DNA from: a virus
Length of the DNA: 64,000 bases
IMG/VR virus record: IMGVR_UViG_3300021375_000018
Span: 1-64,000 of that record
Reading direction: 5' to 3' (one strand)
Program-made: the position numbers and the translations under genes
Notes under the pieces: generated by a model
What the model saw: the letters and a program-made list of their open reading frames with translations, nothing else
The model's database searches: none
What the model was told of the DNA's origin: nothing
In this document: in pieces, positions 1-9,885 of the stretch
Layout of the letters: each line of letters begins with the position of its first letter
Numbering within the stretch: position 1 is the first letter of the stretch

Positions 1-119
1 TGAACCAGCTTCTACTTCTTGACCAGCTTGTGAACCAGCTTCTACTTCTTGACCAGCTTGTGAACCAGCTTCTACTTCTTGACCAGCTTGTGAACCAGCT
101 TCTACTTCTTGACCAGCTT
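1..119. repeat. 30-bp tandem repeat (tgaaccagcttctacttcttgaccagcttg), about 4 copies, coding
   Basis: Directly visible; encodes the 10-aa repeat on the minus strand. Confidence 0.95.
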
Positions 120-249
120 CTTCTCCTCCACATTGATCAAGACATGTTGTTTCTTGGCTAGTGCTTGAATCTTCTTCGTCTTTTTCACATGCAATGAAAG
201 CAAGTGATAAAACCAATAGCATAACAGAAAGAACTCTGTAATTAAACAT
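1..249 (-). CDS. Predicted lipoprotein with AGQEVEAGSQ repeats (runs off the window start)
   Basis: Manual translation from ATG at 249: MFNYRVLSVMLLVLSLAFIA-C-EKDEED..., a hydrophobic signal plus lipobox Cys. GGAG RBS at 257-260 on the minus strand. Not in the ORF track because no stop falls inside the window. Confidence 0.7.
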   Translation of the reverse strand, partial: MFNYRVLSVMLLVLSLAFIACEKDEEDSSTSQETTCLDQCGGEEAGQEVEAGSQAGQEVEAGSQAGQEVEAGSQAGQEVEAGS

Positions 250-298
250 AAAATAACTCCTTTTTATAATTTGTATTATATATTATATTAAGTTAAAT

Positions 299-694
299 GT
301 GATTTTATTAAAAAAAAGGATTAAAATGAAAAAGTATGTTGATTTATTTCAAAGTATAGTCAGTGATAAAGACTCAATAAAAAGTGGATTATTGATTTCT
401 TTAGTTATATGTTTGTTAATGATTGGTAGGATGTCTGTTTCTATGCCTATTAAATCTGAGTTTTGTAAAAAAGAGATTTTAAAAAATGATAGCTTAAAAG
501 TAGAAAACAATGATTTAAAGACAGTTATAGCAGAATTAGAAGATCAAATAAGTAAAATTCAAAAAGATAGATATAAAAAAGAAGTAGAAATAGTAGATTT
601 AGAAAGAAAAGAGTGCAATATAAAAATTGCAAAAAAGATAAAGTCAATAAAAAAAGTATATTTACAAGCAAAATGTAAAATATGTAATAAATAA
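299..694 (+). CDS. Membrane-anchored coiled-coil protein (possibly spanin-like)
   Basis: One N-proximal hydrophobic helix followed by a heptad-rich region; the true start may be M10. Confidence 0.4.
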   Translation: MILLKKRIKMKKYVDLFQSIVSDKDSIKSGLLISLVICLLMIGRMSVSMPIKSEFCKKEILKNDSLKVENNDLKTVIAELEDQISKIQKDRYKKEVEIVDLERKECNIKIAKKIKSIKKVYLQAKCKICNK

Positions 695-712
695 AAGAAA
701 GATTTTTACAAA

Positions 713-1189
713 ATGAAAAAAATATTAGTATTGATAGCTTTTATTGTTTCGATTTATAGCTTAAGAGCACACAGTCAAGAGAATATAAATTCAAGTATAT
801 CTCTTGTTATAGATGAGTATTCTTTAGATACAAGCTTGTTTGAAAGTAATAAACAGCACAAGTTTTTAATTGATAGCGTCTGTTTAGACTTGTTTGATTT
901 TAAAGTGCTTCAAGGTTATGTTGATGAAGCTGAGGCGTCATGTATTGGTAGGATAAAAAAAAGAGACATGATTTGTCTAGACAATATTGAAAAGATACAG
1001 AAAGAGCACAAAGCTATACTTAACTCTTTACGTCTTAAGTACGACAACTTATTGAAAGATAAAGAAAAATTAAAGATAAGATTTGACAACAATGTAACTT
1101 TGCATAAAGAAAGGATATCTAAGTATAAATGGATAATTGGAACTAGCTCCATTTTATTTATATCAACAGTTGTTTTTATAGCTTTATAG
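713..1189 (+). CDS. Signal-peptide, coiled-coil, C-terminal TM protein (possible lysis accessory)
   Basis: MKKILVLIAFIVSIYSLRAHS signal; hydrophobic C-terminus WIIGTSSILFISTVVFIAL. Confidence 0.45.
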   Translation: MKKILVLIAFIVSIYSLRAHSQENINSSISLVIDEYSLDTSLFESNKQHKFLIDSVCLDLFDFKVLQGYVDEAEASCIGRIKKRDMICLDNIEKIQKEHKAILNSLRLKYDNLLKDKEKLKIRFDNNVTLHKERISKYKWIIGTSSILFISTVVFIAL

Positions 1190-1235
1190 ATATATTTAAT
1201 TTATACAGATTTAGTTAAGTAAAGAAAGAAAAAAA

Positions 1236-1487
1236 ATGGAAACAAATTTAGTATTATCTTTAGGCAGTATAATAGGCATAGTAAGTTTATTTTACGCTTG
1301 GCACAAAGAACAGAAAACAACGTCTAACAAGATATCAGTATTAGAAAACAAAATGGAAAATCTTTCTGAAAAAATGATAAGTCATGATCTTTTAATAACA
1401 CATATTCAACAGACGCTACAACAGATGGATTTGAAGTTGACAAGAATAGACACACAACTTTCTCAATTAATAGAAAGTAAAAGATAG
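1236..1487 (+). CDS. Small single-TM coiled-coil protein (holin-like)
   Basis: N-terminal TM helix then coiled coil, 83 aa. Confidence 0.4.
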   Translation: METNLVLSLGSIIGIVSLFYAWHKEQKTTSNKISVLENKMENLSEKMISHDLLITHIQQTLQQMDLKLTRIDTQLSQLIESKR

Positions 1488-1520
1488 TTAATAAACGAAG
1501 TATTTCAAAAGGAGAAAACA

Positions 1521-1745
1521 ATGAAATTATCTGAAAGCAAATTAAGAAGAATTATTTTAGAAGAACAGTCAAGATTAACTGGTACGCCAATAAAAGTTAC
1601 ATCGTCTTATATTAATAGAATAATCAAAGAAGAACTTGAACTTTATAAAGCAAGAAAGTTACAAGAAGCTAGAAAAGTTAGAAGAGATAAGAGAATTCAA
1701 GAAACAGCTAGAAAAGTTAGAAGACTAAGAAGACTCAGAAAATAA
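1521..1745 (+). CDS. Small basic protein with two LxRIIxEE-type motifs, probable virion protein
   Basis: KLRRIILEE and YINRIIKEE; GGAG RBS; Arg-rich tail. Confidence 0.55.
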   Translation: MKLSESKLRRIILEEQSRLTGTPIKVTSSYINRIIKEELELYKARKLQEARKVRRDKRIQETARKVRRLRRLRK

Positions 1746-1850
1746 TTTATAATTTATTGTAAAAAAAATGTACAATCGTGAAATTGTGTTTATAATTCGT
1801 CTGCATTTAAAAATATTCAAATTATTATATTTAATGGAAAGGAATTATAG

Positions 1851-2117
1851 ATGCAGTTATCACCAGAACAAGTAAAAAGTATTAATGTTTTATTATCAGC
1901 TGTTCAAGTAGCACAAAGAAGAGGCGCATTTTCATTGCAAGATGCACATACACTACAAGAATCTGTTAATTTACTAGTGCCACCTGAGGAACAAGAAAGA
2001 CAACGTCAAGAAGCAGAGGCAGCTGCTGCAAGTCAAGAAGAAGCAGAGACAGTTATTGGTTTGAGCGAAGAGGGTGGAGATGATTCTGATATTGATGCAA
2101 GTGGGAACGATCAATAA
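1851..2117 (+). CDS. Hypothetical protein with acidic tail
   Basis: ORF with AAGGA RBS, downstream of a near-consensus early promoter (1768-1796). Confidence 0.6.
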   Translation: MQLSPEQVKSINVLLSAVQVAQRRGAFSLQDAHTLQESVNLLVPPEEQERQRQEAEAAAASQEEAETVIGLSEEGGDDSDIDASGNDQ

Positions 2118-2176
2118 AATTCTTCAGATGTTTAATTTATTTTTAAAAAGCATCTAGTAGATAATATATAACAACA

Positions 2177-2231
2177 GGCCCGGTGCAAAACATAACAGCT
2201 GACCCCACCAGCGCATCGGAATCATGTGGAC
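2177..2231 (+). ncRNA. Candidate structured RNA (stacked stems plus pseudoknot)
   Basis: GC-rich island: CCGGTGC(2180-86)/GCATCGG(2213-19), GCTG(2198-2201)/CAGC(2209-12); loop CCAC is complementary to GTGG(2226-29). Confidence 0.4.
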
Positions 2232-2717
2232 AAGTTTATCACAGAAAGTGAGCGAGTTATGGCAGTATCACGAGGAAGAAAGTCTACGAAAACGTCTAAG
2301 ACAACTGAGATCGATAAAAAAGCTGAAAAGAAAACTTTAGATAAAAAAGTAGCTAGAAAAGAAGAGAAAAAAGTAGAATTGCCTAAGGCACCTAAGGTAG
2401 AAGAAGTTAAGCAACCAGAAGTTGTTGTAGCTACGCCTGAGGTTAAGGAAGAAGTTGTTGCACCAAAAGTTGAGGAGCAACCTGCACCAGAGCCTGTTGT
2501 AGAAGAAGTTGTAGAAGTGCAACAAGTTCAGGTTGTGCAAGAAGAAGTAAGAGAAGTTCCTAGAGAAGTTGTAGTTGGATCAACTGTGATGATGCCATCA
2601 GGCAAAAGAGGAACAGTTATTAGGGTTGATAGAAAAGGACGTTATGAAGTTCAAAGTACATTAAATCCTAGAAAAACGTATTTATACGAAAAAACAAGTT
2701 TATCATTGGTTAAATAA
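2226..2717 (+). CDS. Hypothetical protein: basic N-terminus, V/E/P linker, C-terminal KOW/SH3-like domain
   Basis: C-terminal VGSTVMMPSGKRGTVIRVD pattern; likely true start at ATG 2259. Confidence 0.5.
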   Translation: MDKFITESERVMAVSRGRKSTKTSKTTEIDKKAEKKTLDKKVARKEEKKVELPKAPKVEEVKQPEVVVATPEVKEEVVAPKVEEQPAPEPVVEEVVEVQQVQVVQEEVREVPREVVVGSTVMMPSGKRGTVIRVDRKGRYEVQSTLNPRKTYLYEKTSLSLVK

Positions 2718-2742
2718 CATAAAATAAAAAAGGAGATTTATT

Positions 2743-3135
2743 ATGCCAAAAGTCGAATATTCAAAATCAAAAGGTTTAGTACAGTCAACAGGTAGCGGAT
2801 TCGTTATGGCCGCAGAAACACTTACTACAGCAGGCGCTGCAGACCCAGGAGTTGCTCTTACAATTTGCAATGCAGGTGCAGATAATATTGCAATTACTCT
2901 AGCAGACGGTACATCAGTTGGCCAACTTAAATGGTTTGTATCAGTAGCTGGTAATGATTCAATAATCACACCAGCTACTACAAACGGAGCTTATTCAAAT
3001 ATTTCCCTAGACAATGCAGGAGAATCAGTTTGTTTAGTATGGTCAGGTACTACAGGATGGGCTTTATTGTCAAGAGGCTCAGGAGCTACTAATGTTGCAG
3101 CAAATGCAGTAGCAGGATTACCAGCAATTGCTTAG
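2743..3135 (+). CDS. Probable virion structural protein (Ala/Gly/Thr-rich beta protein)
   Basis: AGGAG RBS, composition, position upstream of neck genes. Confidence 0.5.
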   Translation: MPKVEYSKSKGLVQSTGSGFVMAAETLTTAGAADPGVALTICNAGADNIAITLADGTSVGQLKWFVSVAGNDSIITPATTNGAYSNISLDNAGESVCLVWSGTTGWALLSRGSGATNVAANAVAGLPAIA

Positions 3136-3174
3136 TAATGATTAAAATTTATTGTTTTGATTATTTTCTATATT

Positions 3175-3213
3175 AAACCTCGTTGTGGTAGAGATACTAT
3201 ATTGGGGTTTTTT
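3175..3213 (+). terminator. Rho-independent terminator
   Basis: AAACCTC..TGTGGTA-GAGA-TACTATA..GGGGTTT stem with GNRA loop followed by a T run. Confidence 0.6.
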
Positions 3214-3294
3214 AGTATAAGCTGTTTGATAATTTAGTTGTTTTGTGAAGACATTTATAATTAGATATATATAGAATAAATAATAGGAGTTATT

Positions 3295-4737
3295 ATGGCT
3301 TCATTTGCGTTGACAACTAAACCGACACCTTTTGGTGTATATGACAATGATGATCACTTTAAAGAAGAAGCAGATAGTATAATACTATACGTTAAAAGAA
3401 AACTGGGTGATGATGTCATGTCAGTTGAGCTTACATCAAAGCAGATTTGGGCAAACTTTGAAGAATCTGTTCTTGTCTTCTCTAAACAAATAAATGCACA
3501 CCAAGCAGAATCATACATATCAAATCTGTTCGGTATGAAAATAGGTCAAAACGAAACTTTTAAGAAAAACTCTAATAATCTATACTACTATTTAGATAGT
3601 GGGCAAACTGAGTCTACAATTACAGAAGCTCAGAAAGATGCGCAACCACTTACTGTACAAGATACTTTTGATTCTAGATTTATAAATAATAATACAAAAG
3701 TAGATGGAACAACATCAGCTTCACCTGTTGTAGAAGATAGAATAGGACCTCATGGAAAAGAACAGAAATTTCCAAGAGAAACATTAGAATATCTTGTTAG
3801 AAGAGCAGAACCATATGCAGCAGAGTCTGGCGTAGGTGGTATTAGTGACTCTTTAAGAGGTTATATAAAACTAGAACAGGGCAAACAAGACTACAACATA
3901 TATAAAGACATGATTATACCATCTGATGATGGTAACACAGAGCTAAAATTAATAGATTATGATGGAACTGCAGAATCAAAAAGTTTGTTTAATCCTGTTT
4001 ATAGAGATAATTTATTAAAAACAGCAACACCAACTAAAATAAAGTTGTTTGAGATATTTCACTTTTCACCTCAAGCTGCTTACAGATTCTTTGATACAAC
4101 ATCAGCAATAAATTATTTAAATAATCAATTTGCTTTTGAATCGTTTACACCAGAAACTGTGTTTTATGTTTTACCTGTTTTTGAAGACATATTGAGGGCT
4201 GGACAATTAGATATATCAAATAGAATAAGAAGAAGTAATTTTAGTTATAAGATACAAGGACAAGATTTAAGAATTTTTCCAAGACCTACACAGTCTAATC
4301 CTATGAACTTGTTTATAAAGTTTGGTTTCCCTTCAGATCCTTATAAACCTAATCTTCCTTATGAAGATGAATCTATTAATGGCGTTTCAAATATAGCTAA
4401 TGTACCATTTGGAAATATTCCATTTAAAGGAATCAATTCAATGTGTAGGCAGTGGATAAGACAATATACATTAGCATCGTCTAAAGAAACATTAGGGCTT
4501 ATAAGATCTAAGTTTTCAACTGTGCCTATCCCTGGTAGTGATTTATCAATGAATGGCGCAGAATTAATAAGTCAAGGAAGAGAAGATAAATCAAAGTTAG
4601 TTGAAGGTTTAACAGAAACATTAGATAAGTTAACATATCAAAAAATAATTGAGTCTGATGCAGCACAGTCTGAATCTATGATGAATATTCTTAAGAGAGT
4701 GCCTGTCCCTAATGGCAGAGCAATAATAATGGGATAA
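3295..4737 (+). CDS. Neck/head-tail adaptor protein (T4 gp13-like)
   Basis: YVKRKLG..VELT N-terminus; WIRQYTLA..KETLGLIRSKF..PG..MNG C-terminus; synteny. Confidence 0.75.
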   Translation: MASFALTTKPTPFGVYDNDDHFKEEADSIILYVKRKLGDDVMSVELTSKQIWANFEESVLVFSKQINAHQAESYISNLFGMKIGQNETFKKNSNNLYYYLDSGQTESTITEAQKDAQPLTVQDTFDSRFINNNTKVDGTTSASPVVEDRIGPHGKEQKFPRETLEYLVRRAEPYAAESGVGGISDSLRGYIKLEQGKQDYNIYKDMIIPSDDGNTELKLIDYDGTAESKSLFNPVYRDNLLKTATPTKIKLFEIFHFSPQAAYRFFDTTSAINYLNNQFAFESFTPETVFYVLPVFEDILRAGQLDISNRIRRSNFSYKIQGQDLRIFPRPTQSNPMNLFIKFGFPSDPYKPNLPYEDESINGVSNIANVPFGNIPFKGINSMCRQWIRQYTLASSKETLGLIRSKFSTVPIPGSDLSMNGAELISQGREDKSKLVEGLTETLDKLTYQKIIESDAAQSESMMNILKRVPVPNGRAIIMG

Positions 4738-4748
4738 GGTGATAAACT

Positions 4749-5405
4749 ATGGCTAGATTATTTGTAGGACAACGTGAAGTTGATTTTTTTGCTGACATTA
4801 CAAAAGAATTGATTAAAGATGTTGCTGGACAAAAAATATATTATTATACAGTTCGAGAAGATCTTTCTGATGTTCATGAAGTCTATGAAGAGTCTATTCA
4901 TAAAATATTTAATCCGCCTATTGAGATTGAATGTATGGTTGAATGGCAACCTTCAGAGGTAAAAACTACAAATTTTGGACAAGAGCAAATAAAAACTTTA
5001 ACTGTTTATCTTCATCCAAGAGACTTGTTAGATAGAAATATTGACTTTAAAGAAGGTGATTATTTTTCATATGGAGAGTTTTTCTTTGAAGCAACATCTA
5101 TAATTTATGATAAAATAGCATACGGTCAAATTGAAAGAACAGTTTCTTTAAAAGTTACAGGCAAACAAACTCGTATTGATCATATCGATAAAAGACCTAA
5201 TGGTCCACTATCAGAACAATTTACAGATGCTGATGCTATTCAAACAACGTTTGAGCAACAAAGAGGACAGACACCATCAGATAAACGTCAGTTGGTTGAA
5301 GATGGAGTTCTTGATAAACCTATTGGAGAACCTAGGAAAGTTTCACCAGATGGTACAGAGAAGTCTATAAACAATGTTGGATCTTCTTTTTATGGAGATG
5401 ATTAA
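4749..5405 (+). CDS. Neck/head completion protein (T4 gp14-like)
   Basis: ELIKDVAGQKIYYY, VYEE, EGDY motifs; follows the gp13-like gene. Confidence 0.65.
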   Translation: MARLFVGQREVDFFADITKELIKDVAGQKIYYYTVREDLSDVHEVYEESIHKIFNPPIEIECMVEWQPSEVKTTNFGQEQIKTLTVYLHPRDLLDRNIDFKEGDYFSYGEFFFEATSIIYDKIAYGQIERTVSLKVTGKQTRIDHIDKRPNGPLSEQFTDADAIQTTFEQQRGQTPSDKRQLVEDGVLDKPIGEPRKVSPDGTEKSINNVGSSFYGDD

Positions 5406-6625
5406 TGTCAACTAAATATGATGAAAACCCAAATAGATATGCACCTTCAGGTTACGAAGGACAAAACTTCTCTGAAGACTATTCTATTCCTTCATGCGGG
5501 TTAGAAGACGTAGACAAGGCAATGTTTAACTTGTTTGACAAGCAAATACCTTTGTATCATACCTTAAGCGGTGAAAAAAAGAGAGTGCCTATTATATTTG
5601 CTACTGGCGAGCGTTTTGCTTTGTTAAGAAGAAAAAAGCCAATTGTAGATAAAAAAGGCGCTTTAATACTTCCTCTCATATCTATTACAAGAAGCTCTTT
5701 AGAGAATGTTCCTTCAAAAGGGATATCAAATAATCAAATGTTTCCTCATGTAATAACAAAAAAGCTTTCAAAGAAAGATATGATATATCGTCAGCTTGAA
5801 AACAAAGAAAAGCTTTCTAATGTTCAAGACAATCCAAAAATAGATGAAGATTCAGACTTTTCTTTAGAATATAGCTTTAGAGATAATATTGTAGAGACTA
5901 TTGAAATTCCTCCCATTAAATATTTTGGTGCTAATTACGAGATTACAATATGGTCATCTTTCACACAGCAGATGAATAAAATATTGGAATCGATTATGGG
6001 AAGCTACACACTTAATCCTGGGCAGCAATTTCGAATAGAATCTGATAAAGGTTATTGGTTTCCTGCATTTGTTGAACAAAGTTTATCACAGGACGCATCT
6101 TATGCAGATTTTACAGATGCAGAAAGATATATTAAGTATTCAATGACAATATCAGCAACAGGGTATATTATTGCACCTAATATTGATAGTGGAAAAACTG
6201 CTTTAAGATCATTTATAAGTTCACCTAAAGTAAACTTTGAAGTTTCTTCAGACTATGTTGAGTTAGATCCAAAATATGAAGGAATTCAGGATTCTAATGC
6301 TAATGCTAATGTATATGATGATTTGAGAACTGAAGACTGTGAAATACCTGCAGGTATGATAGGTGTTGATTCTTTGAGAAATGTTGAAGAGTTGCAAAAA
6401 ATCGACAAAACAAAAGGATTTTCTTCTAGAGATAGAAATAAAAAATACGATTCAGATCTTGTAGGAATAAGAGGATCTGATTATAAAAAAGAAATAAAAA
6501 CATTCGTTAGAGATAAAAATGGTGAACTTGTACCAATTATGGCAAAAACATCAAGCTCACAAGGTGAGACTTTATATGACGCTAGACTAGGAGAAGTTTT
6601 ATTTAATATTTCTAACGAGGATTGA
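5405..6625 (+). CDS. Tail terminator / sheath stabiliser (T4 gp15-like)
   Basis: VPIIFATGERF..LPLISITR motif; lies between neck and sheath genes. Confidence 0.65.
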   Translation: MSTKYDENPNRYAPSGYEGQNFSEDYSIPSCGLEDVDKAMFNLFDKQIPLYHTLSGEKKRVPIIFATGERFALLRRKKPIVDKKGALILPLISITRSSLENVPSKGISNNQMFPHVITKKLSKKDMIYRQLENKEKLSNVQDNPKIDEDSDFSLEYSFRDNIVETIEIPPIKYFGANYEITIWSSFTQQMNKILESIMGSYTLNPGQQFRIESDKGYWFPAFVEQSLSQDASYADFTDAERYIKYSMTISATGYIIAPNIDSGKTALRSFISSPKVNFEVSSDYVELDPKYEGIQDSNANANVYDDLRTEDCEIPAGMIGVDSLRNVEELQKIDKTKGFSSRDRNKKYDSDLVGIRGSDYKKEIKTFVRDKNGELVPIMAKTSSSQGETLYDARLGEVLFNISNED

Positions 6626-6683
6626 TATTTCAATTTTTGTTACATATTTATTAAATGAATATATAAATTAGGAGTATATAGCT

Positions 6684-9600
6684 ATGGCTGAACAGACATT
6701 TAAGTCTCCAGGGTTTTTCGAAAGAGAAATCGAAATAATTAATAGACCAACATTTAGAAACTACTCTACACCTTATGGATTAATTGGACCTACTAATAAA
6801 GGTCCCGCATTTGTACCAACAACAGTTACTTCAATGGTTGAGTTTGAAAGAAAATTTGGTTCACCAGAACTAAATAGAGATACAGGACACGCAGCATCAG
6901 AATTTTTCTTAAATAACGGCAAAGCTCTTACTGTATGTAGAGTATTAGGATCAGGTTTCAACAAAGACGGAAGCAAAGCAGGCTTTAAAGTATCTGGCAG
7001 CATAGGAAATGTTGGTAGTAGTCTAGATGCAAAAAGATCATATGGCGCAGTTCAATTTATTGTTGCTAATCATACAGTTGCATCTCAAGAACATACTACT
7101 TTAGGTATTTTAAATGATAGCGACTCAATAACACTTGATGCTGGCGCTGCTGATGGTAGTGGCTTTACAGATAGGCTTGCACAGTTAGTTAGAGCAATGA
7201 TTTTTATGGAAAAAGATCATACTTTCTATATCACAGAACCTACAGCTAACATAACTAATGCTGTGACAGATGATGTTGCTACAGCAGCTAGCAGTAGATT
7301 TAAATTAATTATTGTTAAAAAAGATGACGCTGATGCAAAAATCAAAGAGTATTTGGTTTCATTAGATCCTGATGATGATGCTTATATTGCAAACGTATTA
7401 AATACTGACAAATTTAAACTTTCAGAGAAACTTCATTATTTATATGCAGATTTTCCTGTAGATAATCAAGTTGCTTCTGTTGGTAATCTTACAGTTGCTG
7501 TGCTAAGAGGTAATGATACACATATTAATAACTTTGGAAACTTTTCAAGTTCTTTTCAAACTCCTAAAACAACAATGTTTATTTCTCAACCTTATGGTGA
7601 AAGAGAATATGCGCTATTTAGATTTGAATCTCTAGATGATGGTGAATATGCTTCATCAAAATATAAAATAAGTATATCAGACTTAAGAGCATCAACAGAT
7701 CCAAATTATAAATATGGAACATTTACAGTTCAGTTAAGAGATCTTTATGATTCTGACTTAAATCCAACTGTTTACGAATCTTATTCTAGAGTATCTTTAG
7801 ATCCTCAAGCTGATAATTTCATTGCAAGAGTTATTGGCGATCAAAAAATCAAACTAAATCTAGCAACAGATGATGTTAACGAAAAAAGGCTTGTTAAAGA
7901 AGGTACATATAAAAACGTATCTGAAAGAATTAGAGTTGTAATATCAGATGATGTTTTAAATGGTGAAGCTCCAGATGATTCTCTTCCTTTTGGTTTTAAA
8001 GGAATTCAACAACTTAAAACAACTACTTCATTAATTGATGGAGCAACAACTGATGATTCTACAAAAAGTAATTTATCTGGATTGCAAGCTAGCCATAATA
8101 TATTTGGTAATGGTAACGGAGTAAATGCTTTAGGCTTCGCTGTTATGCCTCCTTTACCTTATAGAATGAAGGTAACATTAGGAGACATGAGAAAAAGCGG
8201 TACATCTCCTAAGGCATACTTTCAGACTTATTTAGGACAAGTTTTGTTAAATGGTAATTCTGTTAATGAAGAATCTGTTAATTCTAATTTATACTGGGGT
8301 CTTAATACAAGTAGAGTAACAAATATTCATAACCCTAACAGCGCTAAAGAAACTGAAAAGAACATGCTTGTTAAGAACTTAACAAAGTTATTAGGAACAG
8401 AAACTACACTTCTTACAAGTGGAGAAGATTCTGATATGTTTAATAACAATAAGTTTTCTCTAGCAAAAGTAGGTTTAAAAGCAAGTACAGCAACAGATAT
8501 TTCAGGTTCAGTAAGCGACGTATTTTTGGAAGCTGTTTATGTAAGAAATGCTGATATTTGGAAAACAGGAACTTCTGCAATATATGACACTACTACAGGT
8601 CAAATTCTTATGCATAAGACAGTTGATCCATTTTCAACAGAAGATGGAACAGCGGCCGCTGATGTTGATCGTTTAAGATTAAGTTTAGCTGGTTTATTAA
8701 AAGAGGATAAGACTAAGTTTAATAAGTATAATTCTATGGCTAAGTTTACTGCTCCTTTTTATGGTGGTTTTGATGGTGTTAATATTTTAGATAGAGACTC
8801 ATATTATTTTACTGATAGAGCATCTTCTGTTGAATCAGGTGGGCATGCAGATAATTACACAAGTGGTTTATTAGATACAAGTACAGGAATGAGTGGTGTT
8901 GAATTAGAGAACAATGCAGTTGCTTCTTATAGAAACGCTGTAAGATTAATGTCAGATCCACTTGTTATTGATCATAAAGTTTTAGTTATTCCTGGAATTA
9001 GAGGAAAATTAGTTACAGACTTTGCTGCAAGAAGAGTTAAGGATTATGGTAAAGCTATTTACTTAATGGATATTCCTAACTATGATGAAAGTGGAGCTAG
9101 ATTATATGTAGACTCAGCTGGAATATTATCTGGAACACCTGATCCTGATGAGACTTCTGTAAAGTTTGATTTAAGAGAAGTTAACAATAATTATGTTGCT
9201 TCATATTTCCCAGACGTTACAATAGTAGATAGTGGAGATTCACAAGAAGCAGCAGCAATTAATAATAGATTAGTACATGTACCATCTTCAGTAGCAGCTA
9301 TAGGAGCTTTAGCTAAAACAGACCAATCACAACCTTGGTTTGCACCAGCTGGTTTTTCTAGAGGTGCACTTAATAGAGTAAGTTCTGTTGATGTAAGACT
9401 TAGTGCAAGTGATCGCGATGTTCTTTATGAAGCAAGAATTAATCCAATTGCAAGTTTCCCAAATAATCAATTTGTAATATTTGGTCAAAAAACAACTCAA
9501 ATTGCTAGAACATCACTAGATAGAGTTAATGTAAGAAGACTTATGATTGAGATAAAGAGAGGAATTCAAAAAATTGCTTTGGGACTTTTATTCTCACAAA

Positions 9601-9836
9601 ACGACCAACAAACAAGAAGTAGCTTTATATCACAAGCAAGTACAGTTCTTAATAGAATCCAAGCAGGTTCAGGTATCGAAGACTTCCGTGTTATTATGGA
9701 CAATACAAACAATTCAGAAGCTGATGTTGAAAACAATAGATTGAATGGAAAAATAATCGTTGTACCGACTAGAGCAGTTGAATTCATAGCTATGGACTTT
9801 ATCATCACAAATAGTGGTGTAGAATTCCCATCATAA
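6684..9836 (+). CDS. Contractile tail sheath protein 1
   Basis: SPGFFERE, KGPAFVP, PWFAPAG..RG, INPI, FGQKT, RVNVRRL, PTRAVEFI motifs. Confidence 0.92.
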   Translation: MAEQTFKSPGFFEREIEIINRPTFRNYSTPYGLIGPTNKGPAFVPTTVTSMVEFERKFGSPELNRDTGHAASEFFLNNGKALTVCRVLGSGFNKDGSKAGFKVSGSIGNVGSSLDAKRSYGAVQFIVANHTVASQEHTTLGILNDSDSITLDAGAADGSGFTDRLAQLVRAMIFMEKDHTFYITEPTANITNAVTDDVATAASSRFKLIIVKKDDADAKIKEYLVSLDPDDDAYIANVLNTDKFKLSEKLHYLYADFPVDNQVASVGNLTVAVLRGNDTHINNFGNFSSSFQTPKTTMFISQPYGEREYALFRFESLDDGEYASSKYKISISDLRASTDPNYKYGTFTVQLRDLYDSDLNPTVYESYSRVSLDPQADNFIARVIGDQKIKLNLATDDVNEKRLVKEGTYKNVSERIRVVISDDVLNGEAPDDSLPFGFKGIQQLKTTTSLIDGATTDDSTKSNLSGLQASHNIFGNGNGVNALGFAVMPPLPYRMKVTLGDMRKSGTSPKAYFQTYLGQVLLNGNSVNEESVNSNLYWGLNTSRVTNIHNPNSAKETEKNMLVKNLTKLLGTETTLLTSGEDSDMFNNNKFSLAKVGLKASTATDISGSVSDVFLEAVYVRNADIWKTGTSAIYDTTTGQILMHKTVDPFSTEDGTAAADVDRLRLSLAGLLKEDKTKFNKYNSMAKFTAPFYGGFDGVNILDRDSYYFTDRASSVESGGHADNYTSGLLDTSTGMSGVELENNAVASYRNAVRLMSDPLVIDHKVLVIPGIRGKLVTDFAARRVKDYGKAIYLMDIPNYDESGARLYVDSAGILSGTPDPDETSVKFDLREVNNNYVASYFPDVTIVDSGDSQEAAAINNRLVHVPSSVAAIGALAKTDQSQPWFAPAGFSRGALNRVSSVDVRLSASDRDVLYEARINPIASFPNNQFVIFGQKTTQIARTSLDRVNVRRLMIEIKRGIQKIALGLLFSQNDQQTRSSFISQASTVLNRIQAGSGIEDFRVIMDNTNNSEADVENNRLNGKIIVVPTRAVEFIAMDFIITNSGVEFPS

Positions 9837-9885
9837 GAATAGTTAATAAATAAAACAAGATTTAATATATAGGAGATTAATTAAC

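Noticed and set aside
1-119. CRISPR array
   Set aside because: Contiguous 30-bp repeats without spacers; in-frame coding repeat
2177-2231. HDV-like ribozyme or tRNA
   Set aside because: Lacks the GG after P1 and a P2/P4 arrangement; no cloverleaf or T-loop
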